Source: the human T2T-CHM13v2.0 reference genome, Homo sapiens. Taken from it: 64,000 nt of DNA. The position numbers and the translations under genes are program-made. Shown in pieces: positions 28,103-42,255 of the stretch. Each line of letters starts with the position of its first letter. Position 1 is the first letter of the stretch. The notes beneath the pieces were generated by a model that was not told the origin of the DNA, did not search any database, and saw only the letters and a list, made by a program, of their open reading frames with translations. The DNA lies in NCBI RefSeq assembly GCF_009914755.1, contig NC_060928.1. One strand, written 5' to 3'.

Positions 28103-30402
28103 TCAGCACAATGAGGGACACGCTAGCACAAAGTAAAGACAACTCTAGAGAATACGGAACTAGCAGAGGCCAGGCATTGTGGCTCATGCCTGTAATCCCA
28201 GCAATTTGGGAAGCCTAGGCAGGAGGATTGCTTGAGGCCAGGAGTTGGAGACCAATCAGTGCTAAATAGTGAGACTCTGTGTCTACCAAAAAAAGAAACA
28301 TTAGCCAGGTGTGGTGGTGGTGCACACCCGTAGTTCCAGCTACTTGGGAGTCTGGGGTGGGAGAAATCCCTTGAGCCTGGGAAGTCTACACTACAGTGAG
28401 CCAAGATTGTGCCACTGCACTCCAGCCTGGGCGACAGAGTGAGACCCTGTCTTAGAAAGAAAAAAGAAAAGAAAGTGTTAATCCCCCTATGGGAATCTCC
28501 TCTTCTCCTGCCCTCTCTGGAACCTCACTTGTCAGTTCTTCCTCCCACTTTCCTGTATCTTTAACCTATCCCCCACTTTTAGCTCCTTCCCATCATCATT
28601 TAAATTACTCAAACTTCTTCTGTTTTAAAAACCTCTCCCTAAACTCAGTGAGAGGTCTCCTGCACACCCATTGAGCCATCTGCTCTCCCTGGCGCCTTCT
28701 CTACAGCAGCCTGAGCCATGTCTCTAATCCATGAATCTCATCATGTTACTCCCCCATTTACATCACTTCTCCTTGCCTCAGGGATTAAGTCCAAACTCCT
28801 TAACAGCCCCTGCTCTGCCCTGCCTTGCAAGGCAGCCTCACTGCTTGCCCCTCTCCATTTCATCTGCTATGGAGTCCAACTGAGCCTCATCTGCCCCTTC
28901 AACGCACACTCTTTCTCCTCTAGGAGTCTCTGAAGTGGGTAATATCCTCTGCTTATACTATGCTTCCCCTTAAACCTCTACTCTCTTCCTAGCTAGCTTC
29001 GACTCCTCTGTCACTTGTCCGCTTTGGCATCACCTCCTCATAGAAGACTTCTCTGACTCCCGAGATTCTCAGGAGCATGGCAGGTGAGGTGCTCCTCCCA
29101 TGAATGGATGGAGATTAGGGAGTGTGTGTTATTCATGCTTAATTCACCAGTGCTTAGCTGAGTACCTGGCGTAAAATAGTTACTGTGGTGGCCAAAGTAA
29201 TAACCCCCACCGCCACCAATTGCTCATGTCCTATGTTACACAGCACAATTACATAGGAAGGGGGAATTAAGAGTGCAGATAAAATTAATGTTGCTCATCA
29301 GCTGACCTTAAAACAAGATTATCCTGGAGTATCTAGGAGAGCCCATGTAATTACAAGCATTCTTTAAAACTGGAAGAGGGAGGCAGAAGGTTAAGAACCA
29401 GAGACGGTGGGCACAATGGCTCATGCCTGTAATACCAATACTTTGGGAGGCCAGGGCAGGAAAATCCCTTGAGTGCAGGAGTTCAAGGTCAGCCGTGGCA
29501 ACATACTGAGGTCCCATCTCTACAACAAAATAAAAACAAAATTCACTGAGTGTCACGATGCTTACCTGTAGTCCCAGCTACTGGGAAGGCTGACATGGTA
29601 GGATTGCTTGAGCCTGGGAGTTTAAGGCTATAATGAGCCATGACAGGACCATTGAACTCCATCCTGAGTGACAGGGCAAGGTCCTGTTTCTAAAGAAAAA
29701 AAGGACATTGGAATCAGGGATCATCCTGAGTGCCTACAAGGCATCTCTCTCTGCAAACGAGTAAACATCACCCTCCAACTCCTTACAGAGTGGAGCAGCA
29801 GGAAAACTCCTTCACCTCATTTCTGTGCTGCTTGGGAGGCCTGGACAGCCCAATAACCAGCTCCTTGCTGATGAAGCAATCAGGAAATGGCTCAAGTTGA
29901 GCTAAGGAGAATTTGGATCCTTCTTTTGGTTCTCAATAGGCAGGGTAGGGGCCAGGCATGGTGGCTCATACCTGTAATCCTTGCACTGTGGGGGGCCAAG
30001 GTGAGAGGATTGCTTGAGGCCAGGAGCTCACGACCAGCCTGGGCAACATAGCAAGACCTGGGTGGCATACACCTGTGGTCCCTACTACTTGGTAGGATGA
30101 CGTGGGAGGATTGATCACTTGATCCCAGGAGTTTCAGGCTGCAGTGACCCATGATCACACCACTGCACTTCAGCCTGGGTGACAGAGCCAGACCATGTCA
30201 CAAAAAGTTAGAAAGAAAAAAAAAAGAGAGAGGGAGAGAGACTATACACAGGCACCACCACATTTGGCTAATTTTTAAATATTCTGTAGAGACAAGGTCT
30301 TGCTAGGTTGCCCAGGCTAGTCTAAAACTCCTGGCATCAGGCTGGGCATGGTGGCTCATGCTTGTAATCCCAGCACTTTGGGAAGCTAAGGCAGGCAAAT
30401 CA

Positions 30403-30612
<210 letters not shown>

Positions 30613-31104
30613 TCAAAAACAACAACAACAACAATAACAAAAACAAATACAACAACAACAAAAAAAAACTCCTGGCATCAAGACATCTTCCTGTCTTAGC
30701 CTCCCAATGCCCTGGGATTATACTGTTTCCTATAATTGAAGACACTTGTTCTTATACTGCTTTAAGGTATAAAGGAAGAAAAAAAAACAGATAATGGCAA
30801 ATGTTGGTGAAGGCCGGGCATGGTGGCAGCCTGCAATTCCAGAACTTAGGGAGGCTGAGGTGGGCAGATCACTTGAGGCCAGGAGTGTGAGACCAGCCTG
30901 GGCAACATGGTAAAATCCCATCACTACAAAAAAAATATAAAAATTAGCCAGGCATGGTGGCATACACCTGTAATTTTCAGCTACTCAGGGGGCTGAGATG
31001 AGAGAATCACTTGTGCCTGGGAGGTCAAGGCTGCAGTGAACTGTGATGGCATCACTGCACTGCAGCCTGAGAGACAGAGCAAGCCCCTATCTAGAAAAAA
31101 AAAT

Positions 31105-31965
31105 GTCAGTGAAGATGTGGAGGAATTGGAACCCACATACATTACTGGTGGGAACATAAAATCGTGTAACCATTTTGTTTGGGTATTTCTTTTCTTGTCA
31201 TTTTAATTGGATTTTTAAAAAATCAACACAGGGTTTCACTATCTTGCCCAGGCTGGTCTTGAATTCATGGGCTCAAGCCATCCTCCTAGCTGAGCCTCCT
31301 GAGTAGCTGGGATTACAGGTGTGAGCCATTGCACCCAACTGGTGTAGCCACGTTAGAAAACAGTCTGGCAGTTTCTCAAAAGGCTAAATGTACAGTCATC
31401 CTATAATGCAACAATTTCACTCCTAGGCATATATCCCAGAAAAATAAAAATATATGTCCACACAAAAACTTGTACAACAATCTTCATAGCAGCATTATTC
31501 ATAATGACCAATACATGGAATACATGGAAACAACCCAAATATCCACCAACTGATGAACGGATAAACAAAATGCAGTGTGTCTCTACCATGGAATACTGCC
31601 ATAGAAGGAATGAAATATTGATACACACTATGACATAAAGGAACTTTGAAAACACTGTGCTAAGAGGGAAAAAAAGCCACAAAAGATCACATATTGTACA
31701 ATTCTATTTGTCCAGATTAGGCAAATCTATAGTGACAAAAAAATTAATCAATGGTTGCCTAAGGCTGGGGGCGAAGGTAGGTGGGGAGAGTAGGAGGTAG
31801 TGGCTGAGGGGTATGGATTTCTCTATAGGGTAATGAAACGTTCTAAAAGTGACTGTGGTGATCGATGCACAGCTCTGTGAATATTCTAAAACCTACTGAA
31901 TTGCAGATTTCAATAAATAAAGTGAATGGTATGTGAATATTTTAATAAAGCTATTATTTAAAATA
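31105..31965 (+). mobile_element. Old L1M 3' end with a small Alu fragment inside
   Basis: GAAGATGTGGAGGAATTGGAACC, ATTTCACTCCTAGGCATATATCCCAGA, GGAAACAACCCAAATATCCA, terminal AATAAAGCT. Confidence 0.75.
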
Positions 31966-32100
31966 ATAATAATAGGGGGCTGGGCACAGGTGGTCATGCC
32001 TGCCTGTAATCCCAGCACTTTGGGAGGCTGAGGAAGGAGGACCACTTGAGGTCAGGAGTTTTGAGCCCAGTCGGAGCAACGTGGCAAGATCCCGTCTCTA

Positions 32101-32196
<96 letters not shown>

Positions 32197-32559
32197 CTAC
32201 AGTGAACCATGATCATGTCACTGTACTGTAGCCTGAGCAACAGAGCAAGACGCTGTCTCTGACAAGGAAAGAAAACAAATGCAAGTTTTTATCACTTTAT
32301 GAGTGTAGCCAAGTTGGAGGAGAAATAGACAATAATAAAAGAGCACTGAATAATGACAGTGAGTGGCTGGTTAGGCTCAGTTGCTAGCTAAATGGCTTCT
32401 AAAAAATTCAATAAAGTTACAGCTCTGGGGACAGTCATGTAGTCAAAGAATGAATGCTAAATTCATTACAAATGCCCATGGTCTTTATTTACATGCCTTC
32501 TAGTGAAAAATTCCTAAGTGCCTAAATAGCAAGTCTGCAATGATAGCAGCTGTTTATTA

Positions 32560-32907
<348 letters not shown>

Positions 32908-35900
32908 TTACATCGTGTTTCATGATAAAGAAGCTCTAATTTTGCATTTGTTCAAGTATTGATGAGATTTAGCCAATATGACACCCATCTTGGATAAAAT
33001 GCAAACAACACAATTTCATTTTCTCATTAACAAAACCGATTAAGTAGTCTAATATCAATTCTGATCTTATTAAAAACTCATCAGATTAAAAAAATTATGG
33101 AATTATGGAGCCAATAAGATGTTACAACCTGTTCCAAGGGGAATTCCAAAATCCATACATATCTGAGACCATCAAGTATGATGAAATATATTTGACTACT
33201 ATATCGAAAAATAAACTGATTACATAGCCAACAATTGGACAGGGGTCTCCTCATCCACAGCCACACAAACCCGATCATGCAGCTATGTGGTTACAAGGCC
33301 TACATAGCCTAGAAGGGACTGGTCTGACTTGAGATTTCATTTGTATTTGTATTTTGAGACAGGGTCCCACTCTGTCACCCAGGATGGAGTGCAGTGGTAT
33401 AATCATAGCTCACTGCAACCTTGACCAACTGGGCTCAACAGATGCTCCTGACTCAGCTGCCCCCATACCTGGGAATACAGGCAAGTACCACCATGTCAGG
33501 CATTTTTTTCATTTTTGTAGAGAGAGAAGTCTTGCTATGTTGCCCAAGCTGGCCTCAAACTCCTAGAATCAAGAGATCTGCCCATCTCAGCCACATGAGT
33601 AACTGGGGCCATAGGTACATACCGTCATGCCTGGCTATATTTATTTTATTAAATTTATTTTTTTTATTTTTGTAGAGAGGAGGTCTTGCTGTGTTGCCCA
33701 GGCTGCTCTCAAACTCATGGCCTTAAAACATACTCCCATCTCTGCCTCTCAAACTGTTGGAACTATAGGTGTGAGCCACTGCACCTGGCCTAACTTGAGA
33801 TTTCTTTTATCTAGCATCCTTTACTTGGTAGGATTGGGAAAGGCAGTAGTGTTTTTTAAAATTACTTAATAATTCAATCAGAATCAAACTCAACCTTGAC
33901 CACTGCCTTCTCTCACAGCTCACATCCAGTCTGTCAGGAAATCCTACCGACTGACTTCAACATGTATCCAGGCTCTGACCATCTCTCACCACCACCGTGA
34001 ACCCGGTCAGGATCACTATCATCTCCCAGCGGGATGTTGCCACAGCTTGGCCCCCATGCTTCTACCCAAATCTTCCCATAGTCTTTCTCAACTTGGCAGC
34101 CAGGTCGTGCTTTTAAATCAGGAGACAGATCACGTCGCCTCTCTGCTCAGAAGCCCTCGGTGGTTCCCATTTTAGTCAGAGTAAAAGCCAAAGCCCCAGC
34201 AATAGCGTCCCAGGGCTTACACGATCTGTACCGATCCCAGCCCAGCAACTCCCTGGCCTCCTTGCTGACTTCGCTCCCTCTATCTCTTTGCTCCACTGGC
34301 CTCCTTTCAGAGCCTCAGACACACCAGAGAGTTTCCTCCTAATGCCTTTATCCTGTTGACTCAGCCTACAATGCTCTTCCCTCAGCACCTTGGCCAGCTC
34401 CATCACCTGCTTCAAACTTTTGCTCAATATTCACTTACGAGGCCAACCCTGACCACTCTACTTAACACTGCCCTCTGTCCCCATTCCCACCATGCTCATT
34501 TCTTTCTTTTTGAAACAAGGTCTTGCTTTATTGCCCAGGCTGGAGTACACTGGTGCAATCACAGCTCACAGCAACTTCAACCTCCCAGGCTTAAACAATC
34601 CTCCCGCCTCAGCCACCCTAGGAACTGAGACTACAGCTGCATGCCACAACACATGGTTTTTTTTTTTTTTTTTTTTTTGAGACGGAGTCTCGGTCACCCA
34701 GGCTGAAGTGTAAGGGTGCGATCTTGGCTCACTGCAATGTCTGCCTTTTGGGTTCAAGTGATTCTCTGCCTCCCGAGTAGCTGGGATTACAGGCACCCAC
34801 CACCACACCTGGCTAATGTTTGTATTTTTAGTAGAGATGGGGTTTCACCATCTTGGCTAGGCTGGTCTTGAACTTCTGACCTCGTGATCCACCCTCCTCG
34901 GCCTCCCAAAGTGCTGGGATTACAGGCGTGAGCCACTGCGTCTGGCCTTTTAAAAAATTTTTTTTTAGACATGAGGTCTTATGTTGCCCAGGCTGGTCTT
35001 AAGCTCCTGGGCTTAAGCGATCCTCCCACCTCAGCCTCCTAAAGTTCTGGGATTACAGGCGTGAGCAACTGTAACATGAGGTCCCAGCTTCATGTTCATT
35101 TTTTGTTGTTGCTACAACAAAGTACCCTACATTTAGTGGCATCAAACACCACAAATCTACCATCTTACAGTTCTGGGGGCCAGAAGCCCAACTAGGTCTA
35201 TTAAGGCTAAAGTCAAGGTGTCAGAGGGGCTGCATTCCTTCTGGGGGAGGCTCTAGACAGAATGTGCTCCTTTGCCTTTCCCAGCTTCTAGAAGCCACCC
35301 CCATTCCTTGACTTACCTCGTGACTCCATATTCAAGGCCAGAAGTGCAGCATCTTCAAATCTCCCTCTCTGACCTCTTCTTCCATTACCACATCACTTTC
35401 TCTAATTCTGACTCTCCTACCTCCTTCTCTTATAAAGATCCTTGTGATTGGTGGGTATGAGGGCTCCCATCTGTAATCCCAACAAGTTGGGAGGCCAAAG
35501 AGGAAGGATTGCTTGAGGCCAAGAGTTAGAGATCAGCCTGGGGAAAATAGGAAGACCCTGCCTTTACAAAATTAAAATTAAAATCAGCTGGACATGGTGA
35601 TGCACGCCTGTAGTTCCAGCTACTGGAGAGGCTAAGGTGGGAGGATTGCTTTAGCCTAGGAGGTCAAGGCTGCAGTGAGCTATGATCACATCACTGCACT
35701 CCAGCCTCAGTGGCAGAGTGAGACTCTGTCTCCAATATAAGAAAAGAAATATACATTTGGTCTCTGCCCCTGGTTCCTGGCATAGAGCTTCCAAAGCTCT
35801 TATAAAGCCCTTCGTGACAGAGGTAATAGGAGCATTTTCTGTTTTGATATTTAGTCTTAGTCCCAGGTTCCTGACACAAGGGCCTCTAAGGTCTTTCAGA

Positions 35901-35943
35901 TCTGCAGCATGGTAAGAATGCATGTGGGATGCTGTTGAGCTAA

Positions 35944-36180
<237 letters not shown>

Positions 36181-37217
36181 TAGTAGAAACAGGGTTTCAC
36201 CATGTTGGTCAGGCTGGTCTCAAACTCCTGACCTCAAGTGGTCCATGTGCCTCAGCCTTCCAAACTGCTAGGATTACAGGAGTGAGCCACCGCACCTGGC
36301 CCCAACCACATTTTTTGAGGCTTGGAACTTTCAGCCTCACCTGCTGAACTCCAGGAGGCAAAAGGAACTGGAGATTGACTTAACTACCAATGGCCAATGA
36401 TTTTATCAATCATGCCTCCATAAAAACCCAAACAGCAGGGTTTGGAGAGCTTCTGTGTTGCTAAACACAAGGAGGTCCTGGGAGGGTAGTGTGCCCAACA
36501 GAGGGCATGGAAGCTCTGTGCCCCTCCCCACTTACCTTGTCCTGTGCATCTCTTTCATTGGCTGTTCCTGAGATGGAGCCATTACATTGAGCCAGTAATA
36601 GAAAATAAGGTGGCCAGATGCGCTGGCTCATGCCCGTAATCCCAGCACTTTGGGAGGCAGAGGTGGGCGGAATCACTTGAGCCTAGGAATTTGAGACCAG
36701 CCTGGGCAACATAAGAGGACCCCGTCTATACAAAAAATAAAAGAAATTAGCCAAATGTGGTGGTGGGAACCCTGTAATTCCAGCTACTTGAGAGGCTGCA
36801 GCAGGAGAATCACTTGAGCCCTGGAGGTTGAGGCTTCAATGAGCAATGATTGCACCACTGCACACCAGCCTGGACAACAGAGCGAGGCCCTGTCTCTTAA
36901 AAAGGAAAGAAAAAAACCTGTTTTTCTAAGTTCTGTGAGTTGTTCTAGTAAATAATTAAACTCAAGAAGAGGGTCATGGGAAACCCTGATTTCTAACTGG
37001 TTGGTCAAAATACAGGTGACAACCTAGGACTTGCAACTGGCATCTGAAGTGAGAGTGGTCTTGTGGGACTGAGCCCCTAACCTGTGGGTTCTGCGCTAAC
37101 TCTAGGTAGTGTCAGAATGGAATTGTGGGATACGCGGTTGGTATCCAGAGAGTTGGAGAACTGGTGTAGAAACTCTGCACACACATTTGGTCAGAAGTCT
37201 GTGAGTAGAGAGAAACG

Positions 37218-38285
37218 TGTTGCGGGAAGTCAGGGACCCCAAACGGAAGGACCAGCTGAAGCCACGGCAGAAGAACATAAATTGTGAAGATTTCATGGAC
37301 ATTTATTAGTTCCCCAAATTAATACTTCTATAATTTCTTGGGCCTATCTTTACTGCAATCTCTGAACATAAATTGTGAAGATTTCATGGACACTTATCAC
37401 TTCCCTAATCAATACCCTTGTGATTTCCTATGCCTGTCTTTACTTTAATCTCTTAATCCGGTCATCTTCGTAAGCTGAGGATGAATGTCCCTGCAGGACC
37501 CTGTGATAATTGCGTTAACTGCACAAGTTGTTTAAACAGTATGAAACCTGGGCACCTTGAAAAAAAAAACAGGATAACAGCAATTTCAGGGAACAAGGGA
37601 GATAACCTTAAACTCTGGCTGCCTGTGGGCCGGGTGGAACAGAGCCATATTTCTCTTCTTTCAAAAGCAAATAGGAGAAATATTGCTGAATTCTTTTTCT
37701 CAGCAAAGAACATCCCTGAGAAAGAGAATGCATCCCTAAGGGGAGGCCTCTGAAATGGCCGCTTTGGGGACGGCTGTCTTTTACAGTCGTTGATAAGGGA
37801 TGAAATAAGCCCTGGGCTCGCGTGGCGCTCCCAGGCTTATCAGGACAAGGAAATTCCCGCCTAATAAATTTTGGTCAGATGGGTTGTCTGCTCTCAAACC
37901 CTTTCTCCTGATAAGATGTTATCAATGACAATGCGTGCCCGAAACTTCATTAGCAATTTTAATTTCGCCCCGGTCCTGTGGTCCTGTGATCTTGCCCTGC
38001 CTCCATTTGCCTTGTGATATTTTATTACCTTGTGAAGCATGTGATCTCTGTGACCCACACCCTATTCGTACACTCCCTCCCCTTTTGAAAATCACTAATA
38101 AAAACTTGTTGGTTTTGCAGCTTGCGGGGCATCACGGAACCTGCCGACATGTGATGTCTCCCCTGGACACCCAGCTTTAAAATTTCTCTCTTTTGTACTC
38201 TTTTCCTTTATTTCTCAGACCGGCCAACACTCAGGGAAAACAGAAAAGAACCTACATGAAATATCGGGGTGAATTTCCCCCGATA
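37218..38285 (+). mobile_element. Solo MER11-family (HERV-K11/HML-8) LTR, ~1.07 kb
   Basis: Starts TGTTGCGGGAAGTCAGGGACCCC, has an internal repeat GAACATAAATTGTGAAGATTTCATGGACA x2 and AATAAA at ~38097, ends TTTCCCCCGATA; absent at the paralogous site ~25485. Confidence 0.88.
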
Positions 38286-38952
38286 TCACACGGGCTCTTC
38301 TCTCACCTGTCTACCTGCTTAACTGCATAGGAGAGGCAATGCATGGTGCTCATGAACAAGGCAAGCATTGAAGTCAGACCAGACTAACATTTGACTCAGT
38401 CTTAATATTCAGGTGAGCTTGGGCAAATCGCTCATTAACCCCAAGTCTTCATCATTTTGTGCATATAATGGGGATAACTGTGGCACCCACCTGTTTTTGT
38501 GAGAATCAATGAAATATTATGCTTGATGTTATTGTGATCATGATACTATCTGACAAGGGCAGTGATGCATGATAACATCAAAAAATTAGAAACTGTAATG
38601 AGGTCTCTTGGGCAAAATTCCATACAAGCAAATTACTGTCTCTACAAAGCATTTCTGCCACACTTAATTCACCATTCCCTGAACAAAATGTGCCATCTTC
38701 ATTGTTCAGGTCTGTATAGTGCTGGTTTCCCTGCCTGGGCAGCTCACTCCATCCCATCCCAGCCCAATCCCCATCCCTCCACCTCCCCCTTCCCTCCCCA
38801 CTCTCATACAACTCTTCCTTATCTTACAGGACTTGGCTTCAATGTCACCTTAACTGGAAGCTTCTCTCCCTCTCCAGAAGAGCTTCCCATTGCACTTGAT
38901 GCATGCACTATTATTTGATCATTTTTGAGTTACAGTCCAAGTCTTTTTGTAC

Positions 38953-39017
38953 CTGAATAACATGTTGCCCAGTCAGTTTCTCTTCCTGGATTCAGAAGTC
39001 TTTCATGGTAGGTCCAG
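38953..39017 (-). other. 65-bp exon-like cassette, copy 2
   Basis: Minus strand reads ctttttgtcacttctag|CTGGACCTACC...TATTCAG|gtacaa. Confidence 0.45.
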
Positions 39018-39996
39018 CTAGAAGTGACAAAAAGACATTTAAAAAAAAAAAAAAAAAAAAAAAAAGAGGGATGACACAGACAGACATCAGCACTTAAAAG
39101 TTTTAAACGATATGTGAAAAACAAAATTTAAGGGCTTCTAGGAGAAATGTAGGAGGGAAGGTGTTACTGGGAAATATGATAGAAGGTTAATTTTTATTTT
39201 ATTTTATTTTTAGAGAAAGGGTCTTGCTCTATCGCCTAGGCTGGACTGCAGTGGTGCAATCACAGTTAACTGCAGCCTCAACCTCCAGGGCTTGAGCAAT
39301 ATTCCCATCTAATTTCTATTTTGTTTAAGAAATGCAGTCTTGCTCTTAGCAAAGCTAAAGTGCAATGGTGTGATCATAGCTTACTACAGCCTCAACCTTC
39401 TAGACTCAAGTGATCCTCCAGTCTTAGCCTCCCCAGTAGCTGGGACTACAGGTGTGCACTGCAACGTGTAGCTCATTTTTTTATTTTTATTTTTAGTAGA
39501 GACAAAGTGTCACTATGTTGACCAGGTTGGTGGTGATCTCCTACACTCAGGTAGTTCTCTCACCTCAGCCTTCCAAAATGCTGGGATTACAGGTGTGAGC
39601 TGCCACACCTGGCTGAGGGGGTTAATTTTTAATTATATAAAGAGCTCAAAGCAAATATTAGAAGGAGCCTAAATGCCTCCAGCAGTTGACTGGTACTGGT
39701 AAATTGTGATACATCCATATAATAAAATATTATGCAACCATGAAAAGGATTAAGCTAGATCAACAGGTATTGGCACAAATGTCCACAAAATATGAAATTA
39801 TGAAGTGATGTTCAATCACCATGTACGTATCTTGAAGGATATGGCCCATTTTCTCAATTGCAATTATTTCCTGAGATAAGATTATGGGTCTCAAGAGTGA
39901 AGGACATTTTTCACTTATTTAAAAGTATTTATTATTTTTATAATTTAATAAAAGATTAAACAGATCATTGAATTAGTAAAAGACAAAGTAACTCTA

Positions 39997-40110
<114 letters not shown>

Positions 40111-40472
40111 CTAAGAAACAAAGCAAGACCTCGTCTCTAGTAAAAATTAAAAAATAAAAATAATTGGCCAGGCATAGTGGCATGTGCCTATAGTCCCAAC
40201 TACTGAGGTGGAAGGATCACCTGAGCCTAGGAGGTCAAGGCTGCAGTGAGTTGAGACTGTGCCACTACACTGAAGCCTAGGAGACAGAGCGAGACTTCAT
40301 CTCAAAAAAAAAAAAAAAAGGACAATAAAGAAATAAAGCTAATAAGCTAACATAAGGAAAGATAAAATATGTGACAAATAGGCTGGGCGCATGGCTCACA
40401 GCTGTAATCAAGCAGTTTGGGAGGCCGAGGTGGGTAGATCACAAAGTCAGGAGTTCAAGACCAGCCTGATCA

Positions 40473-40726
<254 letters not shown>

Positions 40727-41119
40727 TTAAATTATAATACCTGCGTGGGTGAAGGTGCAGTGAAATGGCCATTTTCTTGTAGTATTAGTGGTGTTTAAAA
40801 TGTATATAAGCCTTCTAGCATAAAGCTTGGAAATTTTTTTTAAATCATATAGACAGTGACTCATTATACTGCCTCCTCCAACTCCTGGCCTCAAGCAATC
40901 CTCCCACCTCAGCCTCCCAAAGTGCTGGAATTACAGGCTGACAGCCACCATGCCTGAAAGCTTTGCAATTTACATCAAGGGTAATAAGAATGCTCATGCC
41001 CTGTGACTCACAGTAATCTCACTTCTGGAAATTTCATCTTTGGATATAATTCAACCTAAACAAAAGGTCATATGCACAAACACAGTGAAAATCTGGGAGT
41101 AATTTTTTTCTCTTTTTTT

Positions 41120-41225
41120 AAAAAAATATGGAATGCTTCACAAATTTGCATGTCATTCTTTCACAGAGGCCGTGCCAATCTCTCTATTGTTCCAACTTAA
41201 GTATGTGTGCTACTGAGGCAAGCAT
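41120..41225 (-). pseudogene. U6 snRNA retropseudogene (RNU6 family), full length, with A-tail and TSD
   Basis: Reverse complement ATGCTTGCCTCAGTAGCACACATACTTAAGTTGGAACAATAGAGAGATTGGCACGGCC...AAATTTGTGAAGCATTCCATATTTTT aligns to U6. A-rich tail at 41103-41119; TSD GAGTAATTT at 41097-41105 and 41226-41234. Confidence 0.93.
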
Positions 41226-41518
41226 GAGTAATTTAAGATAGAGTGGTTAAGTGAAATAAGGAAGAATTATGGAGAATTTAAAAATCTATGCTATTTATAG
41301 GCACCTAATAACAGCTCAGTAAATATTAGCTGCTACTATTATTATTTTTATGGTAATTTCACTCAATTAAAAACTGTCATTAAAAAATACCATTGTCATG
41401 GAACATAATGTCTCCTACTGCATAATTGTAAAAACAGATACAATTTGTCCCTTGGTATATGGGGGGGATTAGTTCCAGCTCTCCCATTTCTGTGTATACC
41501 AAAATCCACGCATACTCA

Positions 41519-41794
<276 letters not shown>

Positions 41795-42135
41795 CTATCT
41801 AATCCAATTAATGCTGGAATTGGGAACAGCAGAAGTGTCATCTCAGAGCTACTCACAATGAAAGGTGATGTTTGGGGCTCAGGTGTGTTGAGGTCCCCAT
41901 GCCTGGACTATGGGTGCTGAGTGGGATTTACTTGTCCATCCATTTTCTATATTCCAGCACTGGGAAACTAGTATTTATCGATCTTGATAAGATGTCATTT
42001 AAATTCCACTTCGCAAGAACCACAAATGGAAGAAAGGCCATGAAACCGCAGGACAGTACTTGTTCTCAAGGGAATCTTCAGCTTAGGTGGCTCTGTAAAA
42101 GAGAAATTACATTGTTGAAAGATCGTCGCAGGTCA

Positions 42136-42255
<120 letters not shown>

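Noticed and set aside
33870-33880. Second DUX4-like motif TAATTCAATCA
   Set aside because: Isolated in AT-rich DNA and not kept in the paralog at ~21805; likely chance.
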